From the NCBI RefSeq assembly GCF_003018255.1, contig NZ_CP027440.1: a stretch of 64,000 nt of DNA; one strand, given 5' to 3'. The DNA is from Escherichia coli. GTDB taxonomy: Bacteria > Pseudomonadota > Gammaproteobacteria > Enterobacterales > Enterobacteriaceae. This document shows, in pieces, positions 55,189 to 64,000 of the stretch (position 1 is its first letter; every line of letters begins with the position of its first letter). Made by a program: the position numbers and the translations under genes. Under the pieces are notes generated by a model. The model made no database searches. It was not told where the DNA came from and worked only from the letters and a program-made list of their open reading frames with translations.

Positions 55189-55602
55189 CTCACCTTCCCC
55201 CATTAAATACCAACGACACGCTCTGGTGTTTAAATATAATAATGGCATGATTATTATAATTGAATAGGATTATAATAAATGTTCTGTACAACATTTCCTA
55301 CATAAGTAGGAATTACATACACGGATGCCCTTCCAGGTAACCCCATGGGGGGGTTAATATATTTTTAATAGTATATTGAAGATGCCACTGTTTAGTTGAA
55401 TATTAGGTATATGTTCTTTTTTGAAATTTACCGGTGGCTACCGTTAATATTCGCTGTTCCCATTGCAAGCTCCTGGTGGTAACCACTGAATCCTCCATAC
55501 TTGAACTGACTTTTTATCCTCCGACTTTCATCCTGTTCTGACTCCACCTTTTCTTTTCTGCTCTACACTATCTACAGTCCAATCATAAAGGCACATACGA
55601 TC

Positions 55603-56502
55603 ATGGCAGAATTTCCCGCCAGCTTACTGATTCTTAATGGCAAAAGTACTGACAATCTACCCTTGCGCGAAGCAATTATGCTGTTGCGTGAGGAAGGAAT
55701 GACGATCCATGTGCGGGTCACCTGGGAGAAAGGCGATGCCGCACGATATGTAGAGGAGGCACGGAAGTTGGGCGTCGCAACGGTGATTGCCGGTGGTGGC
55801 GATGGCACCATTAATGAAGTTTCTACGGCGTTGATTCAGTGTGAGGGGGATGACATACCCGCGCTGGGAATTTTACCATTAGGAACCGCCAATGATTTTG
55901 CCACCAGTGTAGGGATTCCTGAGGCACTGGATAAGGCGCTGAAACTGGCAATTGCCGGTAACGCCATTGCGATAGATATGGCGCAGGTCAATAAACAAAC
56001 CTGTTTTATTAATATGGCGACAGGCGGATTTGGGACGCGTATTACCACAGAAACGCCGGAAAAATTAAAAGCCGCGCTGGGTGGCGTCTCTTACATCATT
56101 CATGGCTTAATGCGCATGGATACTCTGCAACCGGACCGTTGTGAGATCCGCGGTGAAAACTTTCACTGGCAAGGTGACGCCCTGGTCATTGGTATTGGTA
56201 ACGGGCGTCAGGCCGGTGGCGGTCAGCAATTGTGCCCGAACGCGTTAATTAACGATGGCTTGCTGCAACTGCGCATTTTTACCGGCGATGAAATTCTTCC
56301 AGCTCTCGTATCAACCTTAAAATCTGACGAAGATAACCCGAATATTATCGAAGGCGCTTCGTCGTGGTTTGATATACAAGCCCCACACGAAATCACTTTT
56401 AATCTTGATGGCGAACCGTTGAGCGGACAAAACTTTCATATTGAAATACTTCCGGCGGCGTTGCGTTGTCGATTACCACCAGATTGTCCATTGTTGCGTT
56501 AA
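55603..56502 (+). CDS. yegS: lipid kinase YegS (DAGK-catalytic family)
   Basis: 299 aa ORF ([15 protein letters not shown]...GGDGT). Confidence 0.9.
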   Translation: MAEFPASLLILNGKSTDNLPLREAIMLLREEGMTIHVRVTWEKGDAARYVEEARKLGVATVIAGGGDGTINEVSTALIQCEGDDIPALGILPLGTANDFATSVGIPEALDKALKLAIAGNAIAIDMAQVNKQTCFINMATGGFGTRITTETPEKLKAALGGVSYIIHGLMRMDTLQPDRCEIRGENFHWQGDALVIGIGNGRQAGGGQQLCPNALINDGLLQLRIFTGDEILPALVSTLKSDEDNPNIIEGASSWFDIQAPHEITFNLDGEPLSGQNFHIEILPAALRCRLPPDCPLLR

Positions 56503-56540
56503 TCAAACTATTCTCTCTTGAACCAGGGAGAATCCGTAAT

Positions 56541-56570
56541 GCCGGATGCGGTGTAAACACCTTATCCGGC
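56541..56570. repeat. REP element between convergent yegS and gatR
   Basis: gccggatgcggtgtaaacaccttatccggc palindrome. Confidence 0.7.
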
Positions 56571-56583
56571 ATACAGAACAATA

Positions 56584-57363
56584 CTACACCGTAATTAATT
56601 TCACCCGTGTCTTCTGCAATGCCAGTTTATCCACCTCTGACACAGCATCGTCGGTAATAATAATGTCGATTTTTTCGATTGGCAGTACCTGATTAAAACC
56701 GCGACGATTAAATTTCGATGAATCGAGAACGGCAATCACTTTATTTGCGGCGGTGACCATCGCCCCGCTAATCGAATAACCTTCATTAAAGGTCGTAATA
56801 CCATTAACCGCATCAATACCATCAGCACCGACAAACATTAAATCGGCATTAATATCCTGCAATGAACGCTCGGCAATGGAACCATGCATCGAGCGTGTTT
56901 TATGGCGGACGGTCCCACCACAGACGACCAGAGTAATGTCTTTATTTTCGGAAAGGGCAAACGCCGCCGGGAGACTGTTGGTAATCACCGTGATATTTTT
57001 GGCGGTCATTAAACCTTCGGCGATAAGCATTGTGGTACTTCCGCTGTCGAGAATAACGGTCATCCCTTCGTGGATCATTTTGACTGCCGCCTGCGCTATT
57101 CTGTTTTTTGGCGCACTGGCGAGCTGAAATCGCTCTTTAAACCCAACTTCCTGGGTCTCGGTTTCGCTATTACCGGACATTATTTTCGCCGCACCGCCAT
57201 GAAAGCGCGTAACCACGCCTTTTTGTTCGAGAAAGCGCAAATCGGCACGGATTGTCGCTTCCGAGGCAGCAAATACTCCCGCCAGATCCTGAACAAGCAC
57301 GGTTCCCTGTTCATTCACTAATTGGATGATCTTATTCCTTCGCTCGAATGAATTCATCGTCAT
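56584..57363 (-). CDS. gatR: DeoR-family repressor of the galactitol operon, GatR (uninterrupted)
   Basis: 259 aa continuous ORF with N-terminal HTH and C-terminal DeoR sugar-binding domain; no insertion element inside. Confidence 0.85.
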   Translation of the reverse strand: MTMNSFERRNKIIQLVNEQGTVLVQDLAGVFAASEATIRADLRFLEQKGVVTRFHGGAAKIMSGNSETETQEVGFKERFQLASAPKNRIAQAAVKMIHEGMTVILDSGSTTMLIAEGLMTAKNITVITNSLPAAFALSENKDITLVVCGGTVRHKTRSMHGSIAERSLQDINADLMFVGADGIDAVNGITTFNEGYSISGAMVTAANKVIAVLDSSKFNRRGFNQVLPIEKIDIIITDDAVSEVDKLALQKTRVKLITV

Positions 57364-57462
57364 TTACCCATATTCAATTGTGGCTAGTGTAAACGAAGGG
57401 GGACCATTGGTGAATGATCTGTTTTGCACAATACCGGGCCAGCATCACGCTGGCCCGCGGTT

Positions 57463-58503
57463 TCAGGGAATGAGCAACACTTTGCCCGGCATAGCATTAC
57501 GAGCGATGTCACGCACCGCCTGGGCGAAGCTTTCAAAGCTTCCACGGTGAACGATTAATGGCTCCAGGCTTAACTTACGTTCTGTCAGCAACCGACTCGC
57601 CGTTTCCCACTCCTGCCCCGGCCAAGGGCTGGAGTAGTTCATCCAGCTGCCGATCACCGTCAGCTCTTTACGTAATATTTTGCCAAACGTTGTCGATGTT
57701 AAATGCAGATCCTGATGCAACGTGCCCACCAGCGCCAGCTGGGCATGAGGCCCGGCAATCTCTACCGCCAGTTCGACAGTTTGCGGGACGCCAGCCGTCT
57801 CGAGGATAAGCTGATTAAAGCGCAGCTCGCGTAAAACGCCCTGCATTTGCGGCGCGCTCATTTCAAGGCTGTTAAATGTTTGCATCGCACCGAAAGATTT
57901 TGCCAGTGCCAGTTTTTCTGAGCTAATGTCGATAGCCGTCACACTCTTTGCTCCCAGCGCGACAGCGCACTGAATAGCCAGCAGGCCAATGGTTCCGGCA
58001 CCAATAATAATAACGTTTTTATTCTCACAACCTTGCGCTAAATGAAAAGCATGCAGGCCAACGGTAATCGGCTCAATAAAAGCCCCATCCTCAATAGGCA
58101 TATCCGTGGGTAGAGCAAAGACATTTTTTCGCTTAACGACAATATATTCAGCAAGTCCACCATCACGCCGCGAGCCAATAAAATCATATTTTGCGCACTG
58201 GGAATAAAACCCTTTCAAACACTCTGGACAAGTAAAACAGGGTAATAACGGCACACAGGCAACCACATCGCCAGGGTGTAAATCATCAACACCGGATCCC
58301 ACCGCATCAATATAGCCGCTAAATTCATGACCTAACGTTATTGGATAATAATGTGCACCATTTTTAAATATCCTGGGTAAATCGGAACCACATAAGCCCG
58401 AGCTGGCAATTTTTACCCGCACCTCATCCTGATGTTTAATTTCAGGAATGACGCTTTCTGCTACGCGCACGATACCATCAGTATCATTCACCACTGATTT
58501 CAT
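57463..58503 (-). CDS. gatD: galactitol-1-phosphate 5-dehydrogenase
   Basis: 346 aa zinc-dependent MDR dehydrogenase ORF. Confidence 0.92.
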   Translation of the reverse strand: MKSVVNDTDGIVRVAESVIPEIKHQDEVRVKIASSGLCGSDLPRIFKNGAHYYPITLGHEFSGYIDAVGSGVDDLHPGDVVACVPLLPCFTCPECLKGFYSQCAKYDFIGSRRDGGLAEYIVVKRKNVFALPTDMPIEDGAFIEPITVGLHAFHLAQGCENKNVIIIGAGTIGLLAIQCAVALGAKSVTAIDISSEKLALAKSFGAMQTFNSLEMSAPQMQGVLRELRFNQLILETAGVPQTVELAVEIAGPHAQLALVGTLHQDLHLTSTTFGKILRKELTVIGSWMNYSSPWPGQEWETASRLLTERKLSLEPLIVHRGSFESFAQAVRDIARNAMPGKVLLIP

Positions 58504-58550
58504 AAAAACTCCTGATTGTTAAGGGGGATAACATCCCCCTCAGGTAAAAA

Positions 58551-59906
58551 TTATTCTGCGAGAACGGCTTTCTCTTGTTTAATAAAACCACGCGCTCTAC
58601 GCCAGGTCATGAAAATACCGGTAAGATAAATTGTGCCGATAATAATGAAGCCGGGAATATTTTGCGGGGAGAAAACCTGAATCAGTAACCAGGTAATGGG
58701 AGAACCGCCCTGATCCATTGAAGCCACCATACCCCCGGCTTTTAACGCCCCAGCATTAGCCGCCAGTTGGGTGTGCAAACCAATAGTTTGCGTCGCGATC
58801 CACAGGGTGATGCTCATAATGATGACACCCGAGATTAAGGTGCGGAACAGATTTCCACGATGCACCGCGACCGCCATCGCTACAAAGAAACCGATGGTGG
58901 CAAGGTCGCCAAACGGCAGTACCTGATTACCCGGAACACAAACAGCAATTAAAATGGTGAGCGGGATAAAAATCAGGCTTGCCGATACCACCGCCGTATG
59001 CCCCAGCAGCAACGCCGGATCAAGGCCAATCAGGAACTCCTGACCGCCGAACTTCGCCTGTAAACGACTACGGGCCTGCTTAGCGATGGGCGTTAAACCA
59101 TCCATGATGGGTTTAATCACCCGTGGCATCAGCAGCATAACTGCCGCCGTTTTTACCGCCAGCTGCAATACACCTTTGACATCGTAACCCGCGAGGATGC
59201 CGATAATCAGCCCCATCACAAAGCCCACGGTGACAGGTTCGCCAAATGGGCCAAATTTGCGCTGAATATCGTCGGCGCTAAATTTAATACGGTTAACGCC
59301 TGGGATTTTCTCGATGATAGCATCCACCAGCACCGCAATTGGCCCCAGATACGCCGACGTACCGTGCGGAATAGCAATGCCTTCCAGCTCAAAGAAATTT
59401 CGGGTATCGCGGGCAAACCAGTCGCCGAGCTTATAAACAAACGCCGCGTGAATTACCACACCCGCCATCCCTATCATCCATGAACCGGTTGCCAGATGCA
59501 GCAATGCGCCGGTGAAGGTCATATGCCAGATATTCCAGATATCAACATTTACCACCCGCGTCATACGGGTCAGTAGCATCGCCACGTTAACCAGAATCGC
59601 AATCGGAATCGCCACCAGCGCAATTTGCGACGCCCAGGTCATTGGTGAAGAGCCCGGCCAACCGACATCGACCACATGCAGATTCAGGTCAAAATTTTCC
59701 GCCATCGCTTTCGCCGCCGGGCCAATGGAATCCAGCATTAAGCCAATCACAAGGCCAATACCAACAAAGCCAATCCCGATATGCAGACCTGCTTTAAAGC
59801 AATCGCCTGCCTTCATGCCTAATATTTTAGAAAAAATAATGATGACAATCGGCAGCATCACCGTAGGGCCGAGGTCGAGAATATAACGCATGACTTCTGA
59901 AAACAT
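58551..59906 (-). CDS. gatC: PTS galactitol-specific EIIC
   Basis: 451 aa polytopic membrane ORF. Confidence 0.92.
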   Translation of the reverse strand: MFSEVMRYILDLGPTVMLPIVIIIFSKILGMKAGDCFKAGLHIGIGFVGIGLVIGLMLDSIGPAAKAMAENFDLNLHVVDVGWPGSSPMTWASQIALVAIPIAILVNVAMLLTRMTRVVNVDIWNIWHMTFTGALLHLATGSWMIGMAGVVIHAAFVYKLGDWFARDTRNFFELEGIAIPHGTSAYLGPIAVLVDAIIEKIPGVNRIKFSADDIQRKFGPFGEPVTVGFVMGLIIGILAGYDVKGVLQLAVKTAAVMLLMPRVIKPIMDGLTPIAKQARSRLQAKFGGQEFLIGLDPALLLGHTAVVSASLIFIPLTILIAVCVPGNQVLPFGDLATIGFFVAMAVAVHRGNLFRTLISGVIIMSITLWIATQTIGLHTQLAANAGALKAGGMVASMDQGGSPITWLLIQVFSPQNIPGFIIIGTIYLTGIFMTWRRARGFIKQEKAVLAE

Positions 59907-59909
59907 AGG

Positions 59910-60194
59910 TCACCCCTGTAAGATAGTCAGAATTTTATTTTGTAATGCTTCGATACCGACACCAGAAACAAAAGGCATGCCGTGAACTAACGGAATATCG
60001 CCAAAACTTCGATCCACCCTGGCAGTGGTGCATATCAAATGCACGCCATCCATATAGGTTTCTATTTCATTAACCCGACACTGGATTAATTCAACAGGAA
60101 TATTATGACTCTGACACAACTCTTTAATTTCTTCCGCCGCCATCGTAGAGGTCGCAACCGCGCCTCCGCAAGCGACAATAATCTTGCGTTTCAT
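59910..60194 (-). CDS. gatB: PTS galactitol-specific EIIB
   Basis: 94 aa ORF ([16 protein letters not shown]...). Confidence 0.92.
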
Positions 60195-60224
60195 AAATAG
60201 TCCTTTTTATTGTTACAGAGGGAT

Positions 60225-60677
60225 TTATTCGTCTGAATCTAAAACATACTTTGTGAAGTATTCCTTTAACTGGGTTTCAGGAAGAGTGATTAGTGTCTCG
60301 ACGATCTCGGGCTGTTGTAACTTGCCAAATAAACAGCGTAAAAGTTTCAATTGCTGCTGCGGATTTTCCACAATTAACGCAATAACCAACGATACCGCCA
60401 CGTCGTTATCATCATCCGCTTGCTGAAAATGAACTTTATTTGTTGGCCTTAACAGATAAATGGCTGACGACTTAGCATGAATCGCCTCACAATGCGGTAT
60501 TGCAATGGCGTGCTGCTCAAGCATTATCCCGGTAGGGAATTCTGCTTCTCTGGCAATTAATGCCTGTGGCCAGGTATCATGAACCACACCTTTCGCGAGC
60601 ATCTCATTACCGATATGGGTTAAAACTTCGCTACGATCGACAAAAGAAATTCCGCTACGAACAAACAGGTTAGTCAT
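60225..60677 (-). CDS. gatA: PTS galactitol-specific EIIA
   Basis: 150 aa ORF. Confidence 0.92.
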   Translation of the reverse strand: MTNLFVRSGISFVDRSEVLTHIGNEMLAKGVVHDTWPQALIAREAEFPTGIMLEQHAIAIPHCEAIHAKSSAIYLLRPTNKVHFQQADDDNDVAVSLVIALIVENPQQQLKLLRCLFGKLQQPEIVETLITLPETQLKEYFTKYVLDSDE

Positions 60678-60686
60678 ATACCGTCC

Positions 60687-62886
<2,200 letters not shown>

Positions 62887-62948
62887 TTAAATGTCGCGAT
62901 AACGATCACAAAAACGACAATATGAAAATCAATCCAGGAATGAAAGGC

Positions 62949-62978
62949 AAAAAAAACGGCCTCCCGGGGGAAGCCGTA
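62949..62978 (-). terminator. rho-independent terminator of fbaB
   Basis: Minus-strand hairpin acggcttcccccgggaggccgt followed by a run of T, about 85 nt downstream of the fbaB stop. Confidence 0.7.
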
Positions 62979-62999
62979 ACAAAGTACGCGTGGTTTTAT

Positions 63000-63035
63000 G
63001 CCGGATGTGGCGTTAACGCCTTTTCCGGCCTACGG
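63000..63035. repeat. REP element downstream of fbaB
   Basis: gccggatgtggcgttaacgccttttccggcctacgg palindromic REP-like motif. Confidence 0.65.
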
Positions 63036-63060
63036 GGTAGTGCTGTTCGTATGAAGCGCA

Positions 63061-64000
63061 TCAGGCGATAGTAATTTTGCTATCGAGATAAACGTCCTGC
63101 ACGGCGTTAATCAGTTTCACGCCGTCAGCCATCGATTTCTTGAACGCCTTACGTCCAAGAATCAGCCCCATTCCGCCTGCGCGTTTGTTGATAACCGCAG
63201 TACGCACTGCATCGCTGAGGTCAGTTTCACCGCCTGCAGCACCGCCGGAGTTTATCAACCCGGCCCGGCCCATATAGCAGTTAGCTAACTGATAACGCAC
63301 CAGGTCAATCGGGTTTTCACTGGTCAGTTTGCTGTAGACTCGATCGTCGGTATAACCGTAGTTAATCGCTTTATAACCGCCGTTATTTTCCGCCATTTTT
63401 TGTTTGACGATATCTGCACCTATGGTCGCCGCCAGATGGTTTGCCTGACCGGTCAGGTCGGCGAAAACATGGTAATCAACGCCATCTTTCTTAAAGGCGG
63501 AGTTACGCAAATAGGCCCACAGCACTGTCACCATGCCCAGCTCGTGCGCACGTTCAAAAGCCGCAGAAATTTCTTCAATCTGGCGACGTGACTCTTCCGA
63601 ACCAAAATAGATAGTCACACCAACCGCCACCGCGCCCATGTTGAAGGCCTGCTCCACGCTGGCATACAGCGTTTGATCGTAGGTATTCGGGTAACTTAGC
63701 GTCTCGTTGTGATTAAGTTTGACGAGGAATGGAATGCGATGCGCGTAACGCCGCGATACCGATGCCAGCACGCCGTAAGTTGACGCCACACAGTTACAGC
63801 CCGCTTCGATCGCCAGTTCAACAATGTTTTTCGGGTCAAAGTAGAGCGGGTTAGCGGCAAATGAAGCTCCGGCAGAGTGCTCAACGCCCTGGTCAACCGG
63901 CAGAATAGAAAGATATCCTGTGCCAGCCAGACGCCCAGTGTTGTACAACGTCTGCATATTACGTAACACCGCTGGCGGGCGATTATTGTCAATCATCACG
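63061..64000 (-). CDS. fbaB: class I fructose-bisphosphate aldolase FbaB; 5' end cut by window edge
   Basis: Minus-strand ORF ending ...YLDSKITIA, stop at 63061; reading frame continues past the window end. Confidence 0.88.
   Translation of the reverse strand, partial: VMIDNNRPPAVLRNMQTLYNTGRLAGTGYLSILPVDQGVEHSAGASFAANPLYFDPKNIVELAIEAGCNCVASTYGVLASVSRRYAHRIPFLVKLNHNETLSYPNTYDQTLYASVEQAFNMGAVAVGVTIYFGSEESRRQIEEISAAFERAHELGMVTVLWAYLRNSAFKKDGVDYHVFADLTGQANHLAATIGADIVKQKMAENNGGYKAINYGYTDDRVYSKLTSENPIDLVRYQLANCYMGRAGLINSGGAAGGETDLSDAVRTAVINKRAGGMGLILGRKAFKKSMADGVKLINAVQDVYLDSKITIA

Overview
This window reads as an Escherichia coli chromosomal segment. All identifications come from reading the sequence and ORF track and from recalled knowledge of E. 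coli proteins and gene order; no database search was possible. Left to right: 3'-truncated gne-like epimerase gene; the complete colanic-acid capsule cluster on the minus strand (wcaM-wcaL-wcaK-wzxC-wcaJ-cpsG-cpsB-wcaI-gmm-fcl-gmd-wcaF-wcaE-wcaD-wcaC-wcaB-wcaA-wzc-wzb-wza) with its ops/JUMPstart leader; yegH; a small toxin-antitoxin pair; asmA-dcd-udk; dgcE(yegE); alkA; yegD; a compact yegL-yegK-yegI vWA/PP2C/kinase module; four tandem Sib/Ibs type I toxin-antitoxin units; mdtABCD-baeSR; yegP; yegQ; the CyaR sRNA, whose 3' end is the P2 attB core; yegR; yegS; gatR-gatDCBAZY; and 5'-truncated fbaB. Several REP/BIME arrays are present. The strain is not K-12 MG1655 as I recall it: gne is present, there is an extra toxin-antitoxin pair between yegH and asmA, there are four rather than two sib/ibs units, the cyaR-yegR interval lacks the ogrK/yegZ prophage remnant, and gatR is intact. 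I found no transposase, integrase or CRISPR array. The most interesting candidates are the accessory toxin-antitoxin pair, the expanded and diversified sib/ibs array, and the tightly coupled yegLKI module; none is proven novel from sequence alone.
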